Part shown: positions 12,890-25,235 of the stretch, one piece after another
Numbering within the stretch: the first letter of the stretch is position 1
Layout: every line of letters begins with the position of its first letter
DNA from: Octopus sinensis
Lineage: Eukaryota
NCBI RefSeq assembly: GCF_006345805.1
Contig: NC_043020.1
Span: 3,224,001 to 3,288,000, forward strand
Reading direction: 5' to 3'
Length of the DNA: 64,000 nucleotides
The notes under the pieces: model-generated
Told to the model about the DNA's origin: nothing
Database searches by the model: none
What the model saw: the letters and a program-made list of their open reading frames with translations, nothing else
Position numbers and translations under genes: made by a program

Positions 12890-13205
12890 GCTGTAGGGTT
12901 AAGAAGGCCACTTTGTAAACACATGGTTTTGGTTTCAGCCCCACCGTGCAGCACCTTGGGGCAACTGTCTTGTACTGTAGCCTCAGACTGACCTCAGCCT
13001 TGTGAGTGGCTTTGGGTGATCAAATCCGAAAATTGTTCTTTATGTATGTCTGTCTGTTTTTACGATTGCTTGACAACTGGTGTTGGTTTGTTTATGTCCC
13101 CATAACTTTGCAGTTCGGCAAAAGAGACTAATAAGTACAAGACTTAACCCTTCAAGGTGGTGCCCCAGCATGGCCGCAGTCCAATGACTGAAACAAACAA
13201 AAGAA
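12890..13205 (+). mobile_element. SINE family A
   Basis: Diverged head and conserved tail aaggtggtgccccagcatggccgcagtccaatgactgaaac. Confidence 0.7.
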
Positions 13206-14359
13206 AAGGTAAAAGTAGCTGTGTAGGGAATGTGCTGTGACAATTATGTTTCTACAATCATGGTCATCACTCTGTAGGAATAGGGTCTCAGTATGACAGT
13301 TTTGTCTCACACACTCAAATGCTATTTTCTTTTCTGGATGTTCCCTAGGCTGGGCCTTCTCCCTTTTTGCCTATGCCCTTTTAGTGGCTTGCTGGTTCCA
13401 TCCTGTAGCTCTCACTCATCTCTGCTATTGCTTCTCATACTAACCCACTCTTGGCCCTGTGATCTAAAAATCTTTCATGTTAATCTATGTTCTAAACACG
13501 AGCTTAATAACGAGAAAGTTATTTGATTAAATTCTTTATTATTTTCAAAATTAATTCTAACAGAAGAAATGTATTTCAAAAGAAATATGCTAACAAAAGG
13601 ATTAATCCTGTGCTTCTTTCCCAGGATATTGGCATTTTGGAATTTCCTCTCCTGTTCACTGTTTTAACGGTTTGAGGCCACGATTCCTTGACAGGTTGTT
13701 TTGTCTGGAAATCCTTTCTCAGACTGTTGCAGCTGCAGTTACTTACAGATTAGCTTTCGGACTCAACCTCAAACATTCGTTAATTATCTCATTTGTCAAA
13801 TTGAACATTATTGCAAACATCAAAAACAAAGTTTTCTCTTTTTTTTTCCCTTCTCTTTTTTTTCTTTATTTAGGAGATTTTGATTTACGTCTTTTTATTT
13901 TATTTATATCCACATTGATATGTATATTTTTTTTTGGTTTCTGCCGTTATTCCTTATAAGAAAATATTGTTAAAATAAATCAATCTTTTTTTTTTTTTTT
14001 AATTTTTTAAAAAACTCTTTTTGTTTTTCACTCAGCTGGAAACAAATGTTTGGCTTGAAACACCTCCTCCCCCCCACTCCCCTCTCTCCTGGTCGAAATT
14101 CTGTTTAAGCTGTGTTTCATATACTTGTGTTTCGATCTCTGAGTATTATCTTTAAACAAAATGGCAACAGTATATGTCAGATCATAAATTTTCTAAACAT
14201 ATATTTAAAAAATCAATATAGGCATTTATACACACGCACGGACACACACACACACACAAACATGCACACACACATACATACACAGGATGCAATGGGTAAA
14301 TTGTCGCCATTTTATATTTTTAGCTTCACATATGTGCATTGTTTGTTTTTAATTTTGTT

Positions 14360-15090
14360 GACTACATAGCATAGTAGGGTCAGTTGGGCACTGTCTGTGA
14401 AGAAAACAGCACTATGATGCAATTCACTGCCTGAAATTTGGAAACAACATGCTGCACTCCTTGGCATTTGTGCTGGAAGCTCCAATATGAACATTTCAGG
14501 GTGTTTGGGTGTCAATCTGAGGCAGTGCAATCGGAGAGTAATAAAAATCAAACATCCAGTCAACATCATGGTGTTTGGAGTAACTACTTGTGATGGTAGT
14601 CATCTTCTCACGTGGCCTCAGACTCAACCTGGAGGCCTACATCAAGTGCCTGGAGGAGGTAATGTTACCCTGGGTAAAGAGGGTGGCTGCTAGAAGATCC
14701 TATGCCTGACAACAGGACTCTGCACCATGTCACACAAGCAGGAGAACCCAGTCATGGCTGTCAAACAACTTTTGCGACCACATCACCCCTAACATCTGGC
14801 TAACTAACTCCCCAGACTACCACCCCCTTGATTATTATGTGTGGGGTGCAATTGAGTGAGAGACCAACAAATCTCCTTGTAACACCAAAGATGAAGTGAA
14901 GGCAAGGATTACAGCAGCATTCACCAACTTAAACAAGGAGACTATCCAGAAGAGTTGCAGGAGATTCTGAAGTTGTCTGGAAGCCATGGTTGAAGCCAAT
15001 GGCGATTTTATTGAATAAATTTACTCTTTAGTATTTCAAGATATTTTTATGTAATTTTGGTTAAAATGAGATGTCAGTGTTATTTTCCAC
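14360..15090 (+). mobile_element. Tc1/mariner maT-family (DD37D) transposon relic, internally deleted
   Basis: Frameshifted transposase KHPVNIMVFG...QQDSAPCHTSRRTQSWLSNNFCDHITPNIWLTNSPDYHPLDYYVWG...EANGDFIE* (stop at 15016-15018). 37 residues separate the second and third catalytic Asp. The N-terminal part jumps directly to the catalytic region near 14535. Confidence 0.85.
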
Positions 15091-15109
15091 CCATTTTCCA
15101 CCCATTTTC

Positions 15110-15575
15110 CACCCACCACCTCTGTAAATGAGGAAGCCCAGATTTTTTGTTTTTACCAAAATTTAAATCATTGGTCTACATCTGTGCCAAGTCTCCAAGT
15201 CAAAGGAACTTGACCATAAATCCTTTTTCACATAATCATCAAACTTATGGAGGAATTTAAGTTTTTCCATAATTTTCTTCAATTTTATTCATGGGGCCAA
15301 AAATGTAGCCCATGGTCCCAAGTTCCTTTCCCACATAATCATTAAACTTATGGAAGAATTCAGGTTTTTTCCATAATTTTTCGATTTTATTCACAGGGCC
15401 AAAAATATGCTTGCACCCCTCCCCATCTCTACTGTCATCATGGTCCATGGACAGGACACAAGTTTATGCGAATCCTAATCCTGAGTTAACGAACTAAGTT
15501 TGAGCATAATTGGTCAGCTGTAGTAGATAAATAGACTCACAAACAAACATACAAACAAAATCAATTTTATATAAT
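15110..15575. repeat. Unclassified non-autonomous repeat with internal ~103-bp tandem duplication
   Basis: cacataatcat..aaacttatgga..gaatt..ttccataatttt..ggccaaaaat at 15229 and 15332. The end acaaacaaacatacaaacaaaatcaattttatata is reminiscent of Helitron/Helentron-derived elements (unverified). Confidence 0.4.
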
Positions 15576-16914
15576 GTAATATTGACAAATAATTCGTTAA
15601 AAATGAGGTTCTGATGACTTGGAGAATCCCTATTTCAGCTAAGTTTGGTCTTGTACAAATATAATAACGCAGTCTGGTCTACACAGAATTTGTCGTCAGA
15701 TTATATAAATTTATGTCAGTATTTTTTAATATAAACCATCTGGTAGCATAGATTTGACAACAGGATGTGTGCGTATAATCTGTGTAGAGGTTGATCCCCA
15801 AATGGTATGCAGTTGTATGGTGTACCAGTTCATGACAGAAGAGAGAAGCAGTCATGCTGTTGACCCACACATTTTCTTTACTTCCTCTAATTGGAGATTA
15901 CAGGGATTGGAAGGATTTAAGATAAACCAAGCTGGCTTTTAAATTGTTTCCTTTTCTCTATTTGTTCTTCCAAGTCTGTATGTTTTAGAATTTTTAAATG
16001 GTGTCTCCGTCTTGGATCTTGTGTTTTTATAAATAAAATAGGTACTCTTTGATGGGAATTGTTAGAGTGGTTAGAACTTAGTACAGATTTCTTTGCAGTC
16101 TGAGTTCAAATCCTACCAAGGTGAGCTTTACCTTTCATCATTTGGTATTGATAAAATATCACTTCAGGGCAGTGAATTGGTTGACTGATAAAATCATTGG
16201 ACAAGACTCCTTGTAGCATCTGTTCCAGCTCTTTGCATCTTGAGATCTGGTCTTTAGACACCTGTTGCAGGTGTCACTCCATTGCAAGTCCTTGAGGGTA
16301 TCTTGCTTCTTTCCTTCTGCCAGTTTCGGCATCATGGGTGCTGCTTTTCCCTCTTTGATCAAACTGTATAAATAAAAAAAGAAAGTAGTAATGTCATTTC
16401 TGTTACTATACTAGTCCTAAGTTTAATTTACCTGTTTCTATCCAGGTGGAATTAGATCTCTCACAATAACCTACTTAATGCCCTATAAACTCAGGAACTC
16501 TCTGTATAAACTTGGGTCATCCTCTTTATTTAAATGTCCTCGTTTCCATGTGTGTATGGGTTAGCCAGAATTCATTGAGGTAGATTTTCTGTGACCAGAT
16601 GCTCCACCTGTTTCCAAACAAAGTAATATTTCTCTGTGGCCAGAAAAGTTTTCACAGGAATGAAAAGCCTTGCCTGTATGACATACCTTTCATGTTCATT
16701 CACAACCATCTGATGATACACAAGAGTATACACATCGGATGATACTCATGCACGTATACACTTGCATATATATACATATGACAGGCTTCTTTTAGTTTCT
16801 GTCTACTAAATCCATCCCCAAGGCTTTTGTTGGTCTGGGGCTTTTGTTGAAGACATTTTTTCCAAAGTGTGACACAGTTGGACTGAACTCAAGACCACAT
16901 CGTTTTATATATAT

Positions 16915-17228
16915 ACCATCATTTAATGTCCGTTGTCCATGCTGGCATGGGTTGGACAGTTTGATCACGGATGGTAAGCTGGAAGGCTGCACCAGGCTCC
17001 AGTCTGATTTGGCATGGTTTTCTATGGCTGGATTCCCTTCCTGATGCCAACCACTCCGAGAGTATAATGGTTGCTTTTACATGCCACTGTCATGGGTGCC
17101 ACTTGCGTGACACTGGTATCTGCCGTGACTGATTTTACTTGGCTTGATGGGTCCTCTTCTCATGCACAACATAATGCCAAAGGTCTTGGTCATTGGCTCC
17201 GTGAGGCCCAACACTCGAAAGGAACTCG
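16915..17228 (-). mobile_element. RTE LINE 3' end, 5' truncated
   Basis: catttaatgtccgttgtccatgctggcatgggttggac UTR plus the ORF end gcttgatgggtcctc...gtgaggcccaacactcgaa. Confidence 0.7.
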
Positions 17229-18099
17229 GCCTCTTTGCCTCCGTGTGTATTAAATTCACCAATGTATTTCTAGATACTCCGTTCATGGAGAGAGAAAAAA
17301 AAACCCTCACAACTGGAATCCTTTTGATCATAGGTTTACTGGATCAGAGCTGATGGGGTCCACTTAATAACAATGCTTTTCACATTTTGATATCCAGTAC
17401 CATATTTATACTGGCAACTGAAGTAGAAAAAATAATAAATAAAAGAAAGCCAGGCAAAACTATTTCTGTGGATGTTTAACATCCCTTCATGCCATGGTCA
17501 ATTTGCCTTGGGTGGGAGGTGATCAATTAAGCACCTGGCAATCACTGGGATTGGTGTAATCGACTAGCCCCCTCCCATCAAAATTTCAGGCCTTGTCTAT
17601 ATAAGTAGACGGAAATATCATAAAACCTGATAAACATAGTACTTGGTCAACTTGTGCTGCAGGGTCTCGGAGGAGATAGTGTTAGTTGAAGGCTACCAAA
17701 CCTGCCATACACAACTTCAGCTTTATAATATATAGAGAGATAAGTGAGTATGTACGTGTTTAAATGTGCTTCCGCGAGCCTTTGGATTTGTCTCTCGCTA
17801 TTTGACAGTGTTCGTTTGTATCCAAAACGTTCAAACCGATGCTCCAACATGGTCCTGTCCAAACAAGTAAAAGAATAAGTTTATCAAAGGAACGAAAGAG
17901 GCGCCCCCAGGGGCTGTGCAGATCCTCTTCTACCAAGTCCGATGTGATAGTTGTACTGGCTGATGATATGCAGTCGGAATATTTAGAGAGAGAAGAAGAA
18001 AGCGGGGGGGGGGGCGGTTGTAATCCAGTGGCTTTAAAGATTTCGGTAAATTCTCGAACTGTTAAAAATTTACAGTGAAAACTCCCTGAAATCACATCC

Positions 18100-18300
18100 T
18101 ACCGATAAAAACAAATGACGGGAATGACACATTGAATATTAGAGGCATATAGGCATTAATGTCAGGGTGGGTGTGTGGAAGCAGTAGGTGGTCACGACTA
18201 CGTCTCTCTTAATCATGACTCGAATCACCAAAATCGCGCATGCGGTTTAAGCAACAACCAGAAAATAAGCGAAGCTGCAGGTTTCTGTGGTAAGGGAGAT
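18100..18300. promoter_or_regulatory. CpG-retaining promoter-like region with NRF1/Ewg-type motif
   Basis: GCGCATGCG at 18236-18244. Local CpG enrichment at about 17640-18950 against a CpG-poor background. A + strand donor GTG|GTAAGG lies at 18290. Confidence 0.45.
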
Positions 18301-18671
18301 AACTATAAGTGTTGTTAGCCTCCCTTGGTTCTTTTAACTTCGCTTCTGATCTTTCTGGACGTTGATGAAATAAAGCACCATTCTCCTTCTAGGATTTGAT
18401 GTATTCAATTATATTCTCTTTCACGAATTTATAGTGTTGCACCTGCGTTAAGATTTAGAGTACCTGCCAAAATACCTTGCAGCATTTGTTTCGGTTTTTT
18501 ACGTCCTGAGTTCAAATCATTCTGAACTCAGATTCGCTTTATGTCCTTCTGGGTGGGACTTAATAATAAAAAGGTACCATTTATACACGAAGGGTTATAT
18601 ATATATATATCCCTAATAATTTGTGGAGTTGTAACAGTTCTGAAGCTCATTTTTACACTTATATTTTAATA

Positions 18672-18848
18672 AGGCGGCGAGCTGGCAGAATCGTTAGCAC
18701 GACGGGCGAAATGCTTAGCCGTATTTCGTCTGCCGTTACGTTCTGGGTTCAAGTTCCCAGTGTTTCACAAGTAGAAAGAGGGGACAAACAAGGACAAACA
18801 AAGGGATTAAGTCGATTATATCGACCCCGGTGCGTAACTGGTACTTAT
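18672..18848. mobile_element. Chimeric SINE B: head on + strand fused to 3' body on - strand
   Basis: 18672-18757 ggcggcgagctggcagaatcg...gggttcaag (+), and 18777-18847 gaggggacaaac...aactggtactta, the reverse complement of the 3' body. Confidence 0.65.
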
Positions 18849-19784
18849 AATAATAATAATAATTTTGGCTGAAGGTTAGCAATTTTAGGTTGAAGGATTA
18901 GCTGATCGCAGCGGGTCGAGTGCTTAATTAGTACTTAATTTATCGACCCTGAAAGGATGAAAGAAGGCCAAATAAACCATCTGGATTATGAACGTAAGGA
19001 GCCAGAATCCGATTGGGCCAGGGGAGGTAATTCTATGTTGAGATGTGGTCTTCTATATAATTTGGTAATTTGTATCTTTTCTATATATTTGGGAATTTGT
19101 TTTAATTGATTCCAAGTAATTTAATTTTTGGAGGATTCTCCTCGAAAATTGTTTTTTGTCCCATCGTTATAGCTATGATTATTTAAAGGTATTGTTCTTT
19201 TGCTTCTTACATTAAATATTTTAACAATTTCAACATTCTGTGCTATCAGCTATAATCACTATTTAGTGAAATATTTTGTTTTGGAGTTGAAGAATTTTAC
19301 CAGTGAGCGGATTCTTGTGCAATTTCTGAAGATTCTGAAACATCGGATACTTTGATTCCAGTTGTCAGCACCAATAGTTGTCTGTGCCAGCAAAGGAACC
19401 TCTTCACGATTGCTTAATCAGCTAGAAATAGTAGCCAAATGGCCATCGAGAAAGAAAGAAAAGGTGCCTGGGGTGAGAGAAGAAGAACAAAACCAGTGGA
19501 AAATTATAGTTGGAACAGGAGTCTGAAGGGAACTGAGCTACGACTGAACAAAATGATACAATCATCTTATACAAACGTTATGGAGACGGGTTTAGTTTGT
19601 TGTTATTTAGTGATGAGGGTAGTAGATGATAGAATTGATGCAGCCGGAAGAAAATAGCTTGTGGTACATGCCTTTACGATCTGAGTTCAAATCCCATTGT
19701 GGGCAACTTTGCCTTTTAATTATTTTAGTGTAAATAAAATGATGCCAGTCGTATACTTACTCGTGCTGATTTAATTAACTATAA

Positions 19785-19946
19785 GGAGTGATGATATACA
19801 GGATGGTGTGATGGCATACGTGGATAGAGTGATGACACATAGGGATGGAGTGATGACACAAGAATAAGTAATAACATCATCGTTAGTGAGGAGTGACAAC
19901 ATGCATAGCGAAGAGCGATGACACAAAAGGGATGGAGTGATGACAT
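19785..19946. repeat. Degenerate ~21-bp minisatellite (gggatggagtgatgacaca)
   Basis: About seven diverged copies. Confidence 0.7.
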
Positions 19947-20080
19947 GTTCAATAAGAATTACTCGAGCAGAAAAGGTGAGTTTGATTGTGTGAGGTGACA
20001 CATACCTCTGCAAGGAGCAGGAACTATCATGGCGAAGGTGGAGTTGATAAATAATACACAATGATGGTGGTGGTGGTGAT

Positions 20081-20188
20081 GGTGATGGTGGTGCTGGTGG
20101 TGGTGGTGCTGGTGGTGGTGGTGATAGTGGTGGTGGTGATGGTGGTGGTGATGATGGTGGTGGTGGTGATGGTAGTGGTGGTGGTGGT
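20081..20188. repeat. (GGT/GAT)n trinucleotide repeat
   Basis: Direct reading. Confidence 0.95.
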
Positions 20189-20364
20189 ATTCAGCTCCAT
20201 CTGTGATCGAGCATCTCTAAACTGATTGTTCTTTGCTTTCAAAGACCTGTGTAGAATAAAAATATCCCCTACTTGAAAAATAGGTGTTAGTATCAGTGAC
20301 AAAAAGGGCACCTGATCATAATTCTTTCTTAGATAAGTGTCTCCCCCACCCCGTGTACTAGGAT

Positions 20365-20735
20365 GGTAGAACATGTTGAACAGGTGTGCTTCCCAACTAA
20401 ATGATTCTGGGTTCAATCTCACTGTGTAGCAGCTTGAGCAACTATCCTCTGTTATAATTTTGGGCTGACAGAGGTCTTGTGAGTGGACTCAGTAGACAGA
20501 AACCGAAAGAAGCCCGTCATATGTATGTATATGGGTTGTACCGGTCTGTTTTGATGGTTGTAAACGAGTGTCACTGTCATACAAGCAGTGCCGTTCATTT
20601 CCAATGTTCTGCAAGAACATATCTGACCACGAGGAAATATTGTCTTGCTTGGAAACGAGTAAGAAAATGTGCCCCAAATAAACTCCATCTGACCCATGCA
20701 AGCATGAAAAAGTGGATGCTGAATGACGATGATAT
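20365..20735 (+). mobile_element. SINE family A head with an alternative 3' tail
   Basis: Family A head joined to a tail ending gacccatgcaagcatgaaaaagtggatgctgaatgacgatg. The same tail occurs at about 24515-24755 (+), 50960-51120 (-) and 60890-61170 (-). Confidence 0.6.
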
Positions 20736-21888
20736 ATATATATATATATATTTATGTCCTTTTAAACATTTCCATTTTAAATTGGAAATATAAAATTAAA
20801 TAACTGAATTTTTAAGAAATAAATTTTATTAAAAGCAAAAAGAAGAGAATTCCATATCATGCAGTTAGAGTTATTATTCTCAAGAAGGCCATTCAGTAGA
20901 GGAAAACTGCTTTTGTATTAAAACATCTTGGTTACCTAAGGGTTTTGGATGAAGCGTACACTTTAGCATGTTTGAAAGAAAGATCCAAATTGGAAATTTC
21001 ATTATCATTTAGTGACCAGCCAGACTGGTGCCAATTGTGTGTGTGTTGGCAGTACACATTGGAAATATAATGATGTGGCTGTTTGTTGGCAAAGTGGAGA
21101 GGATGATGTATGAATGTGTTCTGTTCTCCCTTGCCACTCCTAATGCTGTGGAATTGTATTTTTGTATTTGTGGTTTACGTGTGCAAGTGAAATTGCGAAT
21201 AAATTAAACACTGTCTGCTGTATTCTGCATAAATAAGTTTCTTTTGACGAAGCAGCTATTTAAAATTTTTTTTTATTAGATAGTGAGAGGAATGGCCTTC
21301 CCTGGTATGTTTCCAGTTTGGGGTCTTCAACCGTTGCTATCCCCAAATCTCCGAGGGAGAAAGTGAGCCCGTTGCTTAATTTTGGCAGTGGATTAGCAAA
21401 GTTGTTAGCATATTGGACACTCTGAGTTCAAATAATGCTGAAGTCAATGTGGCCTTCAAGTGGAGGGAAATGGAAAATAAAGTATTATTATTATTATTAT
21501 TATTACGTTTAAATATTTGTTGTGCAAGATTTTTTTATGTGAAGTCGTGTGTTGAAACAGATATTGTTATATTTCGGAATGGTCATATTGGCTAAACTGG
21601 CAAAATGACCATTCCGAAATATAACAATATTATTATTATTATTAAAACAGCAAGCTCCCTCCTTCTAAACTGTCACTAGCAAGGTTTCCTTACTTTGGGC
21701 CAGGTATCTCATTAAACCCTCGAGTTCGATACACAGTCAATTTTCCACACTTATCAGTCCCCTTTTTCTCCATTTGCCCTCTTCCTGTGCAGGCGATCAG
21801 TGTCTGTACCTGGATGATGGGCTCCATGCATCGTTAGGGGCTTTCTTGACTTCCTGTCTACCTCCTCCTTTGCGGCAAAATTTGAAAC

Positions 21889-21924
<36 letters not shown>

Positions 21925-22357
21925 TGGATGTTATACCAGTCGACTCAACCAATTCTTCTCTCTTGTTTCCATGACATTAGCTGGATGAGAGGCAAGTCTC
22001 TCATTGGAAGTTTCACTTTGATAAAGTTTAAAAGAAAATTATGTTAGTGTTTTTATCCCCAATTTCATTTATAATAGGGAAGTCATGCGTTCATGTTACA
22101 TGTGTTGTGTGTTCTGTGCTATATAATCTTATTGTGTATATAATCTTATTATACTTTATAATCTTGGCATGCTGCATACATGAATAGTTTAAGCTCTTTT
22201 TGAAATTGATCTAACGAGTATATAAAACTGGCGTGCAAGACAGGTTCGTTTTTGTTGTGAAGGTAGGATGGTGGGAATGGGTCTTGCTTTTGATGTTGTG
22301 GTAGTGGTAGTGTTGTTGTAGTGGTGACAGTTGATGTTGTGGTGATAGTCGTGTGTG

Positions 22358-22696
22358 ATGACATGGCTCAGTGGTTAGAGTGTTGGGCTTGCAATTGTGA
22401 GGTTGTGAGTTTGACTCGTAGACTAGGCCGTGTGTTGTGTTCTTGAGCAAGACACTTTATTTTCACATTACTCCCGTTCACACATCTGTAGAAATGAGTT
22501 GCGACATCACTGGTACCAAGCTGTATCGGCCCCTTTGCCTTTCCCTTGGATAACATCAGTGGTGTGGAGAGGGAAGGCTGGTATGTATGGGCGACTGCTG
22601 GTCTTCCACAAAACAACCTCACCTGGACACTTGTACCTCCAAAGGGAACTTTCTAGGTGCAATCCCATGGTCATTTGTGACTGAAGGGAATCTTTA
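22358..22696 (+). mobile_element. tRNA-headed SINE family C, full length
   Basis: Head catggctcagtggttagag, core gttcttgagcaagacacttta, tail ctttctaggtgcaatcccatggtc. Other copies at 24995-25228, 53931-54240 (-) and 59110-59275 (-). Confidence 0.75.
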
Positions 22697-23907
22697 AGGT
22701 GATAGTTTCATTCTGGTAGCAGGTTTGGTATTGTTATTGCCATTTTGTCTTTGTAGTGGTGGTGGTGGTGGTGGTGGTGGTGATGGAAGCATTCAGCCAA
22801 GAAGCTAAATTCTCAGATACGAAATAAAGATGATATGAAGATGATGATGATGATGTTGGTTGTAGTAAAATATGAGTAAAAATGATAAAGCAACCAATAC
22901 ATGTTCAGATATTGGTTTCTATTGGTTCAGTGGAGATTTCATTTCTTGTGCTAATTACTGGTATTTTTTAATCAGTACCAACATCTCTGTTGAGTTGATG
23001 AATACAATGGTCTGCTTGGGTATCTAATCTTATTGAATATTTCCAAATGGGCAACATCTGGAGATAATTTTGAAATAAAAGCTTCAAGTTCAAGTCCAAT
23101 GTGGGACTTTGAAACACAATGCAGATGTCATTGATACGGCATTAATAACATCGTTGATCATTGATAAGACCAAGAAAGGTCGAAATCACGTGACCTGGTG
23201 GTCTCGGCACTGGATGGAAATGGTAGCGATTTATCTCCTCATAAAGAAGAATGCATCAAAAAGCCAATAGGAGAGTCTTTCTCATGGTAACTACTGTAGT
23301 AACTTTTGTTCTAATCCAACATCTACATTTAATTGGGGGACAGTTGTTACTACAATGGAGAGGGGTTTTTTGAGGCAGTGTTTTACAGCTGGTTGCCTTT
23401 CCTGTTGCCAACATTTTTATTTGTCTCACACTACATCTAATGACATGGAATACTTCATCTTAAACTGAGACAGATTCTGAAATTTTATTCTTGGTTTTAA
23501 TTTAAAAATTAAAGATTTCTAAATTTATTCTTTGTCAGAAATTGAAATTGTTTTTAGAAAATTAGGTTTTGGTATAATCATCTGAGAGATTTCATTGATC
23601 GACTTTTTCTCATAATCTGTATGTGAAGTGGCTACAACGAGAGAAACTTGGATTATCTAAAAATTGTTCCAAGGATCAATCCTAACCTATTCTCCAGTCC
23701 TTCTGCTCTCCAAAATATATCAACAGCAACACGTACACTCTTCATTCTCTGGTACAATTTCATTTAAACGCATTTAACGACTTAATCCATTATCATCTTT
23801 TACACACAGCAGAAATAGTTAAAATGTTCATAAGAGAGAGTGCTTTATAGGTAGAACCCTGCCAAATAACTCCCTGTTTCAGTGCTTCTTACTCTCCCTC
23901 TTGTACC

Positions 23908-23909
<2 letters not shown>

Positions 23910-23950
<41 letters not shown>

Positions 23951-24049
23951 TGTGTTGTCTATTTCTATCCATTGTATCTTTTTCTGTTGTCTCTCTCTCT
24001 CTCTCTCTTTCTCTATCTAGCAATTTATTTATTTCCTCTCTCTCTCTTT

Positions 24050-24083
<34 letters not shown>

Positions 24084-24085
24084 CT
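23910..24085. repeat. Compound (TG)n/(CT)n/(CTAT)n microsatellite
   Basis: Direct reading. Confidence 0.9.
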
Positions 24086-24829
24086 GTCCGTCTATATATG
24101 TTTATCTGTCAACCTATATTTCCCTCTGTTTCTCTCTCTCTATCTTTTTTTTACCCTTTGTCTGTCTGTGTATCCAGGCTTTAAACATCTGTATAACACC
24201 ATTCCAATCTCAATAGAATTATCAACATAAATGTTACATTTGTTTAATGTAGCATTGCAGACTTTGGTTGGTGCCTGAAACAGATGTTTTATATCTGCTG
24301 CCAATAACCAATGTTCTCTTAGCTAATTTTTGTTGCCATACAAACAGACACATTGACACAAGCACACACAAGCACTTCTGCAAATTGATACACACAAGGA
24401 GAAATACAGAAGTACATATGCACACACAATTGCAGACACAGACAGATACATGCATTCAAACACGAGTGGATTTGGTATATATATATATATATATGTGTGT
24501 GTGTTTGTGCCTACTTTTGTTCTGACATCACATGATGGTCGTAAACGAGCATCACCATACAGATGATAATTGTTCATTTCCCGTCTTTCATAAAAACCAT
24601 GTCTGGCCAAGGGGGAAATATTCCCTTGCTTGGAAACGGATGAAGGTTGGTGACAGGAAGGGCACCCGGCTGTAGAAAACTCCCCTTAATAAGCTACGTT
24701 AAGTCCATGCAAGCATGGAAAAGCAGACATTAAGATGATGATGATGAGGAGGAGGATAAATGCATTCATCCATCCATTTACTGAGTATTCTCAGTTGTCC
24801 AGTGTATGTTGGACAACTGGTCAGAGATA

Positions 24830-25235
24830 GTATTTCATGTCCAGTTGTATGGTAAAAAGCTCACATTTCAACCACAGGGTTCCAGGTTCAGTTCCACTGT
24901 GTGACACCTTAGACAAGTGTTTTCTACAATAACCTTGAGCTAACCAAAGCCATGCGAGTGGATTTGGTACATGGAAACTGAAAGAAGCCCACATTTATTT
25001 CATGTTGCTCCAGTTCACTCAGCTGTAGAAATGAGTTGTGATGTCCCTGGTGCCAAACTGTATTGGCCTTCGTTTTTCCCTTGGATAACACTGGTGGCGT
25101 GGAGAGGGGAGGCTGGTATGCATGGGCGACTGCTGGTCTTCCATAAACAACCTTGCCCGGATTTGTGCCTGGGAGGGTTACTTTCTAGGTGCAATCCCAC
25201 GGTCATTCATGACCAAAGGGGGTCTCAAAAGACAG
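24830..25235 (+). mobile_element. SINE A head followed by SINE C body (nested or chimeric)
   Basis: Family A sequence runs to gaaagaagccc (about 24990), then family C catgttgctccagttcactcagctgtagaaatgagttg. Confidence 0.6.

Noticed and set aside
16430-16451. TCCAG|GTGGAA and similar AG|GT sites at 610 and 5354
   Set aside because: The donors (GTGGAA, GTGAAA, GTGATA) and pyrimidine tracts are too weak to distinguish from background.
17647-17862. Minus-strand ORF MLEHRFERFGYKR... as a first coding exon
   Set aside because: The ATG lies in a diverged SINE A tail (ttcttttacttgttt...ccatgttggagcatcg), and the only donor (GTACAT) is poor.
19785-19946. Repeat-spacer pattern as a CRISPR-like array
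   Set aside because: The repeats are degenerate and mostly adjacent, without unique constant-length spacers. The context is eukaryotic and there are no cas genes.
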